Below are positions 19,027 to 28,512 of a stretch of 64,000 nucleotides of DNA, piece after piece. The notes below the pieces were generated by a model, which was not told the origin of the DNA, made no database searches, and was given only the letters and a program-made list of their open reading frames with translations. Positions within the stretch are counted from its first letter, which is position 1. The number at the start of each line of letters is the position of its first letter. Both the position numbers and the translations under genes were made by a program. The DNA lies in IMG/VR virus record IMGVR_UViG_3300047564_002270, positions 95,420-159,419 of that record. One strand, 5' to 3'. This DNA comes from a virus.

Positions 19027-21342
19027 ATGGCGAGATTAAATTCTGGAAGAGTTGTAAGAACTCCACAATCAAGAATTACTTCCGATAGGTATCAGTTTCT
19101 TGGATTAGAGCAAGCTGAACCAAATCTCGGTGACCCTTTAGTAGGACCATCTTCGGTTACTGCAAAACCGCTTCCTTTAGGTCAGTATTATACTGTAATT
19201 GGAGTAGGAACTCAACCAGGAGAACGATATTGGGCCACAGGCAATATTGGAATTGGAACTACTCAAGGTCTTATAAGTGTTTTTGATAGAGGTACTTTGC
19301 CATCCAATGCCTTCACTAGAATTGGGGCATTAAATTTTGTAGGAACGGGAGTTACCGTAGAAACTTCCTCATTTGAAATGTTTCCTGGAGTTGGTGTAGC
19401 AACAATTAGAATTGCAGTTGATGAAGTTTTAAATCAAGGAAATGTAGGTGAATTCCTTGTTAATACTTCAACTGGATTTGCATTTGGAACTCCTGATTTA
19501 TTTTATAATGCATCAACTCGTAGGGTTGGTGTAGCAACAAATAATCCGATTTTTACATTAGATGTTGCTGGTGATGGTAGATTTATCAGTTCCGTTACTG
19601 CTCCCGATTTTTATGGCGATTTAAGTGGAACTGCAACAACTGCAACTAATCTAACCAGTGCTGCGAATATTACTGGAGGATTTTTAAGCACAGAAAGAGT
19701 AGATCCAAGTGAATTTTATCCAATTTATGTCAATAAGGCAAAGGAAGCAGAAAATATTAGCGGAATTGCAGAAACTTCTAGAAATGTAATCGGTGGTATT
19801 GGTTCTATTACATCACTATATGTTGGTGGTGGAGCAGCAATTGTCGGAGTTGGAACTTCAATAGGTTTAATTTTAGAAGGATTTTTGGCATATGATGCTG
19901 ATGATATTGATGGAACTAGTGGAACAACTACTTCAGTATTAATGTCTCAAGGACCTGGCCTTGGAGTTACTTGGAAAACCGTTCAAGAAGCTGCTCTTTT
20001 TGGTCTTCAAGGTATTCAAGGAATTCAAGGAATTCAAGGACGTCAAGGTATTCAGGGAATTCAAGGACCTCAAGGTATTCAAGGACCTCAAGGTATTCAA
20101 GGAACTGCAGGTCCTCAAGGACTACAGGGAATTAGTGGTGATTTTGGAACTCAGGGTCTCCTAGGAATTCAAGGACTTCAAGGAACCATAGGACCTCAAG
20201 GAATTCAAGGAAATCAAGGTCCTTTAGGAATTCAAGGAATTCAAGGAATTCAAGGGGTTCAAGGAACTTTTGGGGGTGTTGGGGTTCCAGGTGCTCAGGG
20301 TCTTCAAGGAATTCAAGGAATTCAAGGAATTCAAGGAAATCAAGGTATTCAAGGTATTTCCGGAACTCTTGGAACTCCAGGTGTTCAAGGTATTCAAGGT
20401 GTTCAAGGATCTCAAGGTCTTCAAGGTATTCAAGGACCTCAAGGTCTTCAAGGAACTGCAGGTCCTCAGGGACTTCAGGGACTTCAAGGAATTCAAGGTC
20501 TTTCTGGTGGAGCAGGAACACCAGGATCTCAAGGACTTCAAGGTATTCAAGGAACTACAGGCTCTCAGGGACTTCAAGGAATTCAAGGACTCCAGGGAAC
20601 TCAAGGACCTCAAGGTATTCAAGGAATTCAAGGAAGTCAAGGTATTCAAGGTCTTTCTGGTGGAGCAGGAACACCAGGATCTCAAGGACTTCAAGGTCTT
20701 CAAGGTATTCAAGGACCTCAAGGACTCCAGGGAACTCAAGGACTCCAGGGAACTCAAGGACCTCAAGGTCTCCAAGGAATTACCGGAGCAGGAACTCAAG
20801 GTATTCAGGGAATTCAAGGACCTCAAGGTATTCAGGGAATTCAAGGACCTCAAGGTATTCAGGGAATTCAAGGACGTCAAGGTATTCAGGGAATTCAAGG
20901 TCCTCAAGGTCTCCAAGGAATTACCGGAGCAGGAACTCAAGGTATTCAGGGTATTCAAGGACCTCAAGGTATTCAGGGAATTCAAGGACGTCAAGGTATT
21001 CAAGGCGTTCAAGGAACCTTTGGTCCTGCAACTATACCCCAAACGCTTGCAACACCACCTTATACATTAGATCCATCAGATAATGGAAAACACGTATCAG
21101 TTGGTGGTGCTGGAGCAACTGTAACAATTCCAACTGGATTATTCTCTTCAGGAAATAATGTGGTTATCTATAATTCTGGAGCAACATCTATTGGAATTAA
21201 TACCACAGGATCTACTGGAGTGGTATTAAGATTTGCAGGAAGCACTTTAACTGGAAATAGAGATCTTGCTCCTTATGGGGTCGCTACGCTTTTATGTGTA
21301 AATACTAATGAATATGTAATTTCTGGAGCAGGTTTATACTGA
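19027..21342 (+). CDS. collagen-like tail fibre protein
   Basis: Long GIQ/GPQ/GLQ triple-helix tract; C-terminal ...YGVATLLCV..NEYVISGAGL fibre-tip domain. Confidence 0.85.
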   Translation: MARLNSGRVVRTPQSRITSDRYQFLGLEQAEPNLGDPLVGPSSVTAKPLPLGQYYTVIGVGTQPGERYWATGNIGIGTTQGLISVFDRGTLPSNAFTRIGALNFVGTGVTVETSSFEMFPGVGVATIRIAVDEVLNQGNVGEFLVNTSTGFAFGTPDLFYNASTRRVGVATNNPIFTLDVAGDGRFISSVTAPDFYGDLSGTATTATNLTSAANITGGFLSTERVDPSEFYPIYVNKAKEAENISGIAETSRNVIGGIGSITSLYVGGGAAIVGVGTSIGLILEGFLAYDADDIDGTSGTTTSVLMSQGPGLGVTWKTVQEAALFGLQGIQGIQGIQGRQGIQGIQGPQGIQGPQGIQGTAGPQGLQGISGDFGTQGLLGIQGLQGTIGPQGIQGNQGPLGIQGIQGIQGVQGTFGGVGVPGAQGLQGIQGIQGIQGNQGIQGISGTLGTPGVQGIQGVQGSQGLQGIQGPQGLQGTAGPQGLQGLQGIQGLSGGAGTPGSQGLQGIQGTTGSQGLQGIQGLQGTQGPQGIQGIQGSQGIQGLSGGAGTPGSQGLQGLQGIQGPQGLQGTQGLQGTQGPQGLQGITGAGTQGIQGIQGPQGIQGIQGPQGIQGIQGRQGIQGIQGPQGLQGITGAGTQGIQGIQGPQGIQGIQGRQGIQGVQGTFGPATIPQTLATPPYTLDPSDNGKHVSVGGAGATVTIPTGLFSSGNNVVIYNSGATSIGINTTGSTGVVLRFAGSTLTGNRDLAPYGVATLLCVNTNEYVISGAGLY
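20002..21024 (+). repeat. 9-bp tandem repeat (CAAGGAATT-like) encoding G-X-Q collagen
   Basis: Visible periodic caagg repeats. Confidence 0.9.
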
Positions 21343-21343
21343 T

Positions 21344-23857
21344 ATGACTTTTCCCGCACAATTATTATCTTACATAAATTCTCAACAAAATCAAGTATCT
21401 TATACTACAGCAGGAGTTAGTAGTTATTTTACAGTTCCTGAGGGTGTAACTTCACTATCTGCAGTCTGTATTGGTGCAGGTGGAGGTGGTGGTGGAACTG
21501 GATCTGATAGTTTTGCTGCAGGTGGAGGCGGTGGAGGAGGTCTCACTTGGGGAATTTTTTCTGTTGTCCCAGGAGATGTTTTAGAAATTTTTGTCGGAAC
21601 TGCAGGTGTTGCTGGAGCAGCTTCGAATGCTGCTGCGGGGGTAGGGGGAGCGGGTGGAGATACGTACATTAGATTATTTTCAAGAGTTGGTGGCGGCGCA
21701 GGTGTAGGAGGTAATATTCTAATTGCTGAAGGTGGAAGAGGCGGGGGCAAAGCAACTACTAACACAGGTTCTGCTGCAGGAGGTGCAGGTGGTCGTGGTG
21801 GTTCAACTTCTTATGGAGCTCCAACTAATGCAGGAATTACCGTTTTTAAATATAATGGAGGTGCCGGAGGTAATGGTGGATCTTGCACAGGTGGGGGTGC
21901 TGGCGGCGGAGGTGCCGGCGGTTATATTGGAGCGGGCGGCAATGGCGGTTCAGTTAATCCAAATACAGTTGCTACTTCTGCCGTAACCGGATCTGGTGGT
22001 GGTGGTGGAGGTGGTGGAACCGGAACTGGTGGTCTTTCTCAAAAAGGATATGGAGGTGGTGGCGTTGGTGCCTATGGAATTGACATAACAGGAGAACTTA
22101 ATTCAACAGGAGAACCTGGTAGTAATGACACTGGTAGTGGAGGGTCTGGTGGTGGAGGAGGATCTTTCTTCAACGATCCTGGTTTAGGAATTGCTGCACA
22201 ATATATTTCAGAATCTGTTTCAACAACAACCTCTATTGATTATCCCGTTGGAATAACCACAGGAGATTTTCTTCTTTTAATGTCAGGATCTGATGTTTAT
22301 ACTGGAGACAGACAATTAGCAACCAATTTTACATCTATTCCAGTTCCAGTAGGATTTACTACTATCAGTCAATCAGTCAATGGCGTATATAGAATAAGTT
22401 CTTCAGGAATAGCCACAGAAGCTATTCCTGCTAATGTTACAGCTATTGCCAATAAATCAAGAGATTTAAATTTCACATCATCTTACAGATTTGTTCCTGA
22501 AGGTGGTCTTAGTGGAACATTAGCTGGTCTTACAACATCTTCAGTTCATAATATGTTTGCTCTTAGGTTTCTACCTAATCCACCAACAATTAATTATTTG
22601 ACAACAAGTGGAAATCCTGGTCTTCAGGTTAATACTGGCGGTTCACTTATGCCAAATCCCCCAGCATATGTTGGAACTCCTAGAGGAGCATTTTCACTTG
22701 CTCTTGGATATTTAACTAACGCAATTTTATTAAGTCCAGGGTCAACTACTGCAGGGGCAGGAACAACAGAAATTGCTACAGTAAATGGAGGAAGAACTCC
22801 GCCAAGGGGTGGTGAAGGGGTTGGACTAGTCGCATCTTATCGACAGGTTGCAACGGGAACTACTGAAACATTTGATCCTGGGCCCTTTTTAACCGGAACA
22901 ACATCACATGCCCGTGCTTGGTCAATTGAAGTTCCACGATCAAATACGGCAAATCCAGTTTCTATTATCGGAACTGCTTCCACATCGACATGGAACGAAC
23001 CAGATACAGACAATTTTACTTTACCAACAACACTTGATATATCTGGTATTGTATCAGATGGTTGCACAGTTATGGTTATTAGTGCTTATGATAATAACGC
23101 TACTCCCAGTACTCCACAACTTACCGGTGTTGCACTTGACCGTTTTATTGCCGGCAGCAGCGGGCCCGCTTCCTTTGATACCGGTGGAATGGGATGGAAT
23201 ATTCGATGGGGTATTTGGAATACTGGAGACGGGACAAACATTACAAATTTAGAAGAAGCATCAACAAATATTCCGGCAGCTCATCTAGTAATTACATTTT
23301 CTAATGCAAACATACCAGCAACACCAAATGCACCATCTTTTGACAATAATTCTACTTTTTATGGATCTCCCAATCCTCCTCAAATAACTACAACACAAAA
23401 CGGATCTCTCATTCTTGCTATTGGAATGGTTGATAATATCAGAGTATCTAATATTACTAGCGTTCAAGAACCCATTAATGGTTACAGTCCAATCACAGTT
23501 CAAACATATGGAGTAACTGATAATGGTGCAATTCTTATGTCCGCATATAAAAATAATTTAGATCCAGATACTCAAGATATTCCGGGCACTGAAGATCCAG
23601 AACCATTTCGTGGTAATGGGGGTAATGTTTGGGTGGCACAAACAATCATCATTGGAGGTCCTGGAAGTAATACTAGTGGAGGTCCTAATAATGCAGGACA
23701 ATGGGGTGGTGGTGGAGGATCCGGAAGAGAGAATGAATCCGTCAGTGGTATGGCTGGTGCCCAAGGATCCGCAAGAATTATGTGGGGAAATTCACGTCAA
23801 TACCCAGCATCAGCTACTGCAGGGAATGCTCCAATAGTTCTAGACTGGACTCCATAA
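21344..23857 (+). CDS. glycine-rich virion protein, paralogous to the ORF at 1..1611
   Basis: FTVPEGVTSLSAVCIGAGGGG N-terminus, GAQGSARIMW C-terminus; internal domain with LAIGMVDN...LMSAY...EDP matching ORF 1..1611. Confidence 0.8.
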   Translation: MTFPAQLLSYINSQQNQVSYTTAGVSSYFTVPEGVTSLSAVCIGAGGGGGGTGSDSFAAGGGGGGGLTWGIFSVVPGDVLEIFVGTAGVAGAASNAAAGVGGAGGDTYIRLFSRVGGGAGVGGNILIAEGGRGGGKATTNTGSAAGGAGGRGGSTSYGAPTNAGITVFKYNGGAGGNGGSCTGGGAGGGGAGGYIGAGGNGGSVNPNTVATSAVTGSGGGGGGGGTGTGGLSQKGYGGGGVGAYGIDITGELNSTGEPGSNDTGSGGSGGGGGSFFNDPGLGIAAQYISESVSTTTSIDYPVGITTGDFLLLMSGSDVYTGDRQLATNFTSIPVPVGFTTISQSVNGVYRISSSGIATEAIPANVTAIANKSRDLNFTSSYRFVPEGGLSGTLAGLTTSSVHNMFALRFLPNPPTINYLTTSGNPGLQVNTGGSLMPNPPAYVGTPRGAFSLALGYLTNAILLSPGSTTAGAGTTEIATVNGGRTPPRGGEGVGLVASYRQVATGTTETFDPGPFLTGTTSHARAWSIEVPRSNTANPVSIIGTASTSTWNEPDTDNFTLPTTLDISGIVSDGCTVMVISAYDNNATPSTPQLTGVALDRFIAGSSGPASFDTGGMGWNIRWGIWNTGDGTNITNLEEASTNIPAAHLVITFSNANIPATPNAPSFDNNSTFYGSPNPPQITTTQNGSLILAIGMVDNIRVSNITSVQEPINGYSPITVQTYGVTDNGAILMSAYKNNLDPDTQDIPGTEDPEPFRGNGGNVWVAQTIIIGGPGSNTSGGPNNAGQWGGGGGSGRENESVSGMAGAQGSARIMWGNSRQYPASATAGNAPIVLDWTP

Positions 23858-23916
23858 GAACCACTTCTAGAACCGTCACAGACCCCCCTAGGATCTCTTC
23901 CAGGGGGGTTTATAGT
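23857..23916 (+). promoter_or_regulatory. palindrome-hairpin-(-10) early promoter cassette, copy 1
   Basis: AGAACCACTT-CTAG-AACCGTCACA, hairpin ACCCCCC/GGGGGGT, TATAGT 30 nt after the palindrome. Confidence 0.65.
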
Positions 23917-23941
23917 ATATGAGCAACCAAAGACCCCGTTT

Positions 23942-24046
23942 ATGAGGTTTTCCTCCTTTGATCGCCTTCTTTTCCTCAGTTCTTTTCTACTTTTTATGAA
24001 CTGGGGAGTTCGCCTTACACAATCTATTTTTAATTATTTCTTCTGA
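23942..24046 (+). CDS. 34 aa hydrophobic peptide
   Basis: MRFSSFDRLLFLSSFLLFMNWGVRL...; first ORF after cassette 1; stop overlaps the next ATG. Confidence 0.5.
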   Translation: MRFSSFDRLLFLSSFLLFMNWGVRLTQSIFNYFF

Positions 24047-24468
24047 TGGTTTATCTTGATATTAATGGTTTCGGTTTTGGTGTCCGTAAGAAACTTTGCA
24101 AAGATGTCATTGAATATTTTTGCGATAAGTATCTTCCCCGCCACAAACTTGACATCACTGTAAAGCATCGGAATTTACGTCGAGATAATGTATATGGGTG
24201 GTGTAATATTGAAGGGGATGCCTATCGTCCTCGTGAGTTTATGATTGAAATTCACAATGGACTTGATAAGGAAACCTATATTAAGACTCTGTTTCACGAA
24301 TGCACTCACGTTCTTCAACACGTTCGAGGTGATCTAAAGGAAAGGCACAATAAACAACTCTGGAAAGGAGTTGATTATAGCAAAGTTTCTTATGAAGATC
24401 AACCTTGGGAACAAGAAGCAGAAGAGAACGAAGAGAAACTCTACTACGAATACTTGACATGGGGTTGA
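24046..24468 (+). CDS. putative zinc metallopeptidase-fold (HEXXH) protein
   Basis: TLFHECTHVLQH ... PWEQEA. Confidence 0.7.
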   Translation: MVYLDINGFGFGVRKKLCKDVIEYFCDKYLPRHKLDITVKHRNLRRDNVYGWCNIEGDAYRPREFMIEIHNGLDKETYIKTLFHECTHVLQHVRGDLKERHNKQLWKGVDYSKVSYEDQPWEQEAEENEEKLYYEYLTWG

Positions 24469-24534
24469 AAATCCCTGTATAATGTGCCTTGTCACGGTTG
24501 ATAGGATATCTCTAAGTTCTTTAAGGTTTCTAAG

Positions 24535-24563
24535 TTGACTTAGGGACCTTTTTGTTGTATAAT
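24535..24563 (+). promoter_or_regulatory. sigma70-like promoter (a second one lies at 24454-24483)
   Basis: TTGACT-17-TATAAT; upstream TTGACA-18-TATAAT. Confidence 0.7.
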
Positions 24564-24578
24564 GAATAAAAAAGTTAT

Positions 24579-25163
24579 ATGAGATTTACACTAGCAATTA
24601 TTAATCCTCCATATGGTGTTGGTGGAAATCTTGCGATTAAATTTCTAAACAAGATTTCTGAGCACACTGATGATGTTCGAGCAGTCTTACCAACATCAGT
24701 CAGAAAACCATCTTCTTTAAATAAAATTAAAGATCATCTTCATTGTGTTTTAGATGAAGATCTAGATTCTTCTACATTCCCAAATGGTATTAGTGCTGTG
24801 AAACAATACTGGGAGGTAAAAAACACGTCGAGATTTCAGGTAGGTGTAGGTGAAATTCCGATGTTAAGAGAACATCCTGATTTTGAATTCCTGCCTTATG
24901 AAAGAAGATTTGATGCCGATGTATTTGTTGGTGAATATGGATGTGGTCCAAGTGGTCGAGTGAAGACAGAGAACTTCACTCATTATGCTAAGGGACATCA
25001 CTTTCTGAAGGTTCGAGATAAAAGTGTAATTGATAATATGGTAGAATTTGCTGATAGGTTTAGAGAGGCAGCAAATCAATGTAATGGAAGATATCATTTT
25101 GGAAAGAATGATTTGATTTCAACCTATATTAAATGTCTAGAGGAGCGAGATGACAAAGAATAA
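24579..25163 (+). CDS. amino-DNA methyltransferase, catalytic half (motif IV NPPY at the N-terminus)
   Basis: AIINPPYG...LAIKFLNK...AVLP; lacks the SAM-binding motif I. Confidence 0.7.
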   Translation: MRFTLAIINPPYGVGGNLAIKFLNKISEHTDDVRAVLPTSVRKPSSLNKIKDHLHCVLDEDLDSSTFPNGISAVKQYWEVKNTSRFQVGVGEIPMLREHPDFEFLPYERRFDADVFVGEYGCGPSGRVKTENFTHYAKGHHFLKVRDKSVIDNMVEFADRFREAANQCNGRYHFGKNDLISTYIKCLEERDDKE

Positions 25164-25551
25164 ACATAATCTAGAAGTTGGATCAACTATTGAAAGATCC
25201 GACGAGAGAATTAAAGAGACACAAGAAGTCTTTACTCCGATGGATCTTGTCGAGAGTATGGTGAATGATATTGACATCGAGATTATTAAAAATCCAGAGA
25301 GCACCTTTATCGATAACTCTGCAGGATCTGGAAACTTTTTGATTGCTCTTAAAAATCGTTTATGTCAATATCACGAAGAGAAATATGTTCTGGATCATAT
25401 GCTCTATGCCGTCGAGATGATGGAAGATAATCATAAGGAGCTTTGTGAGAGGTTAGGTGTGTCTACAGATCATCCTCATTATGTGTGTGCGGATGCTCTG
25501 GAGTATGATTACTCATTTGGAAATCTTATCGGTATTGAAAAGTTTTTCTAA
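25150..25551 (+). CDS. amino-DNA methyltransferase, SAM-binding half (motifs X, I-III)
   Basis: EVFTPMDLVESMV, FIDNSAGSGNFL, LYAVE, CADAL; ends where motif IV would begin. Confidence 0.75.
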   Translation: MTKNKHNLEVGSTIERSDERIKETQEVFTPMDLVESMVNDIDIEIIKNPESTFIDNSAGSGNFLIALKNRLCQYHEEKYVLDHMLYAVEMMEDNHKELCERLGVSTDHPHYVCADALEYDYSFGNLIGIEKFF

Positions 25552-25563
25552 TGGGTCGAGGGG

Positions 25564-25592
25564 TTGACGGGGCGGTTGATCCATCGTATATT
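25564..25592 (+). promoter_or_regulatory. sigma70-like promoter
   Basis: TTGACG-17-TATATT. Confidence 0.55.
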
Positions 25593-25650
25593 ACTCACAT
25601 CGGCAAGGAATTCGTTCGCCGCCGATTTGTTCTTTACCTGACTAACACAA

Positions 25651-26655
25651 ATGTCACACGTTGTTATTGATCGGTGCTCCGCACCAGATCCTTCAAATTC
25701 ACTTTTGATTTCTCTTCCGCGAAAGGAATTCAAAGGTGCTCGATATATTGAAACTGTAATTCTTCCAGTGGAAGATGTAGATCGTGGTGGTGATTGGGAA
25801 GAAAATCAACATCGCGCAGCTGGAACTGATGGTGATAACAAACAAGGTCTTTTAGAAGACCTTCAAAGAGGTATTCGCTACGATCAGCTTCCGCCAATCG
25901 TAATTAAGGACGAGGAAGAAAACAAGTTTAAACTTTTGGATGGTTTTACTCGAACTTGGGCGCTCCTTGAACTTTCACAAAAGTATTGGGTTTTTGATCT
26001 CTATGAATTTGATCCTGGTGTCAATTCCAAAAACTTAATTGAAGATATTAGTTTGGGGGCAAATTCTCACCCATCTTGTAAAAGTGCCACAAAAGATGAC
26101 TTTATCAAAATTGGTGTTGCTCGTGTAAATCGTGGCGATCTGGCCAAAGACATGGGTGCCATTCTTGAATGGATTGAAAGTGTCCCAAATGTGCTTAGTC
26201 AAAGGACTCGAAAAACAATTGCGACTAACATTTACAAAGAAACTGTTAGTGTCAGCAAACTTCGGGCTCTTGAACTTCAAGACGTCAAGAAGATTATTCG
26301 CACTCAAACTGAATACCAAGTTGGCGGTAAAATCGATCAGAAGAACCGATTTGGTCGTGTTGTGAATGCTGCTAACGATCTTTACACTCTTCGTAACTTC
26401 AAGTTCATTCTTGAAGATTATTCCAAAACTGGTCGAACAACTATGGTAACTCTGTATAGTTCAAGTGCTATCAGTCCTGAGGAACTGAAAGAGCAGCGGA
26501 ATACTGCTAAAGCAGAGTTGGAGTCCTTTCACACGATGGCAATTCGTTATGTTTCTAAGTTTCTTGAAACTGGAGTCAAACCATTTGAAATCGTAGGTTC
26601 GATTGCTCAAATTAAGGGTGAAGAAACGGATCAAGTAATTGTTCCTTTCTCTTGA
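25651..26655 (+). CDS. ParB/Srx-like N-terminal domain protein
   Basis: NQHR...LPPIVI...FKLLDGFTRTWAL resembles the ParB-N GxxR motif. Confidence 0.6.
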   Translation: MSHVVIDRCSAPDPSNSLLISLPRKEFKGARYIETVILPVEDVDRGGDWEENQHRAAGTDGDNKQGLLEDLQRGIRYDQLPPIVIKDEEENKFKLLDGFTRTWALLELSQKYWVFDLYEFDPGVNSKNLIEDISLGANSHPSCKSATKDDFIKIGVARVNRGDLAKDMGAILEWIESVPNVLSQRTRKTIATNIYKETVSVSKLRALELQDVKKIIRTQTEYQVGGKIDQKNRFGRVVNAANDLYTLRNFKFILEDYSKTGRTTMVTLYSSSAISPEELKEQRNTAKAELESFHTMAIRYVSKFLETGVKPFEIVGSIAQIKGEETDQVIVPFS

Positions 26656-26712
26656 TCCACTTCCCAAACTGGCACAGGGGTCCTTCGGGACCCCTTTTTG
26701 TGCTGCTACAAT
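26653..26712 (+). promoter_or_regulatory. promoter cassette copy 2 (spacer is a terminator-like hairpin)
   Basis: TGATCCACTT-CCCA-AACTGGCACA; GGGGTCC-TTCG-GGACCCC-TTTTT; TACAAT. Confidence 0.75.
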
Positions 26713-26736
26713 ACCTGTATTGAAACGCAAAACACG

Positions 26737-27966
26737 ATGATCCAACTCCGCCCCCACCAACAGACTGCTCTCGATGCTCTCGCTCAGCATTCTAAGGGTA
26801 TCTGTGTGTTCCCCACTGGCGGTGGCAAGACTAACGTTGCCATCTTTGATGCTATGCGCGTGTTTCAATCCGAAACTCCTAAGACTGTTGTGGTGGTTGC
26901 TCCCCGCATTCTGCTTGCTGAGCAACTCTCCTGCGAGTTTCTTGAGTTCATCACCAATGCTTCTGTGTTTCACGTTCATAGCGGTGAGACTCACCACGAG
27001 AGCAGCACCAATCCTGAGAAAATCTACAACTGGTATGCAACTAACAACTCTCGCCACAAACTGATCTTCACCACCTATAACTCCCTTGAGCGTCTTGTTG
27101 ATGCCGAGGTTGAGGTGGATACGATCTACTTTGACGAGGCACACAATAGCGTTCAGCGCCACTTCTTCCCTGCGACTGAGCACTTCAGTCAGGAAGCAAA
27201 GCGTTGCTACTTCTTCACTGCAACTCCTAAGCATTCTCTGGCAGTTGGCAAACCTGGTATGAACGATGTTGCTGTCTATGGACAAATCATCGCCAAGGTT
27301 CCTGCTCCCGAACTTGTTCAGGGTGGTTACATCATTCCCCCTAAGGTGATTGCAACGGAAATGCGCCTCTCTGTGCCTGGTGAGGATGTTGCTATGCGCG
27401 ATTGTGAGTATCTGCTGCAGATCATTCAGGACAATCCTGTCAACAAGATCCTGGTGTGTGCCAAGGCAACCAAGCATATCATCAATCTGCTTTCTGAGTC
27501 TGATTTTGTTGAGCAGATTGCCGAACAAGGTTACTCTGTGATGCACATCACTGCCAAGCACGGTGCCTACATCGATGGGCAGAAAGTCAACCGCGAGGTG
27601 TTCTTCGACACTCTCAACGAGTGGGGTAAGGATGCTGACAAGAAGTTTGTGGTTCTTCACCACAGCATCCTTGCCGAGGGTATCAACATCTCTGCTCTTG
27701 AGGCAGTTGTGTTCCTCCGCTCTATGGATATTGTGGGCATCGGTCAAACCGTTGGGCGCACTCTTCGTCTTCACCCACAGGATGCTGCTGGTATTCGCTC
27801 TGGCGCTATTCAGGCAGGTGATCTGGCATCTTACACCAAATCTTACGGTTTGGTGATCTGCCCCGTGTTCGACAAGAATACGACCTCTACTGCCAAGAAG
27901 GTTCAGAACGTTGTTGACATCATCTTCCAGCAGGGTGATGTGGCAGTGTCGGTGGTTCGCAAGTGA
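26737..27966 (+). CDS. SF2 DEAH-box helicase (ResIII-like)
   Basis: LRPHQ, PTGGGKT, DEAH, TAT, EGINI, QTVGRTLR; start moved to the ATG after the promoter. Confidence 0.9.
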   Translation: MIQLRPHQQTALDALAQHSKGICVFPTGGGKTNVAIFDAMRVFQSETPKTVVVVAPRILLAEQLSCEFLEFITNASVFHVHSGETHHESSTNPEKIYNWYATNNSRHKLIFTTYNSLERLVDAEVEVDTIYFDEAHNSVQRHFFPATEHFSQEAKRCYFFTATPKHSLAVGKPGMNDVAVYGQIIAKVPAPELVQGGYIIPPKVIATEMRLSVPGEDVAMRDCEYLLQIIQDNPVNKILVCAKATKHIINLLSESDFVEQIAEQGYSVMHITAKHGAYIDGQKVNREVFFDTLNEWGKDADKKFVVLHHSILAEGINISALEAVVFLRSMDIVGIGQTVGRTLRLHPQDAAGIRSGAIQAGDLASYTKSYGLVICPVFDKNTTSTAKKVQNVVDIIFQQGDVAVSVVRK

Positions 27967-28001
27967 TCCACCCCCCCTGCCTGAAGCGGTTCCCTCACCC
28001 C

Positions 28002-28098
28002 AAACCCCTTGCGGTCACTGGGGTGAAAACCCGATTTTCTTGCAATTCTGCGGTAAGGGTGCTATCATACCTTCGCCACGTTCCCACGACCGATTTTT
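28002..28098 (+). other. conserved ~96-bp non-coding element, copy A
   Basis: Aligns with the reverse complement of 35217-35312 (see findings). Confidence 0.65.
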
Positions 28099-28104
28099 TG
28101 ATTT

Positions 28105-28275
28105 ATGGAAGGATTTGAAACAGAAGATGGGTATGCTGCTGTTCCTTGGGGCAAAAGGTTAGTCATCATTTATGGTGGTTATCAATTGACCGATGTGAGC
28201 ACAGCAAGGCAAGCACATAAGTTCATCAAAGAACATCGCACCAATCCACAAACTGGCACAGTATTTGTCCAATAG
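28105..28275 (+). CDS. small hypothetical protein (MEGFETEDGYAAVPWG...)
   Basis: 56 aa ORF read manually. Confidence 0.55.
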   Translation: MEGFETEDGYAAVPWGKRLVIIYGGYQLTDVSTARQAHKFIKEHRTNPQTGTVFVQ

Positions 28276-28295
28276 AGATTTTTTTCAACTACAAT
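28237..28295 (+). promoter_or_regulatory. promoter cassette copy 3 (degenerate)
   Basis: CCAAT-CCAC-AAACTGGCACA, TACAAT 29 nt later, overlapping the annotated ATG. Confidence 0.45.
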
Positions 28296-28512
28296 GACTT
28301 CAACTCTGATTAAACAAGTGAAAAAGAAATTTGTGAATGTAACTCCTATGAGTTCAAAAGCAAAAAATCGGTTTATTAACAATATGGATTGCTTTCATGC
28401 TTGCGAAGTTGAGCAGGAAAAGGATGGTAAATTGTTTCTTGTTTCACTAAATCGTAAATACTGCTTTTGGTTGCAGAAGGAAGGGAACGAACACTGGAAG
28501 GTTGAAAAATGA
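28294..28512 (+). CDS. hypothetical cyanophage protein
   Basis: 72 aa ORF. Confidence 0.65.
   Translation: MTSTLIKQVKKKFVNVTPMSSKAKNRFINNMDCFHACEVEQEKDGKLFLVSLNRKYCFWLQKEGNEHWKVEK

Noticed and set aside
19961-21070. Long alternative-frame and antisense ORFs (FKEFKV.., LNSLNT.., LEFLE..)
   Set aside because: Shadows of the 9-bp collagen repeat, which lacks stops in other frames
26670-26700. TGGCAC as a sigma54 -24 box, or the palindrome as an NtcA/CRP site
   Set aside because: No TTGC at -12, cyanobacteria lack sigma54, and the spacing does not fit GTA-N8-TAC or TGTGA-N6-TCACA
26461-27774. 437-aa minus-strand ORF
   Set aside because: Antisense shadow of the GC-rich helicase; no motifs, promoter or SD
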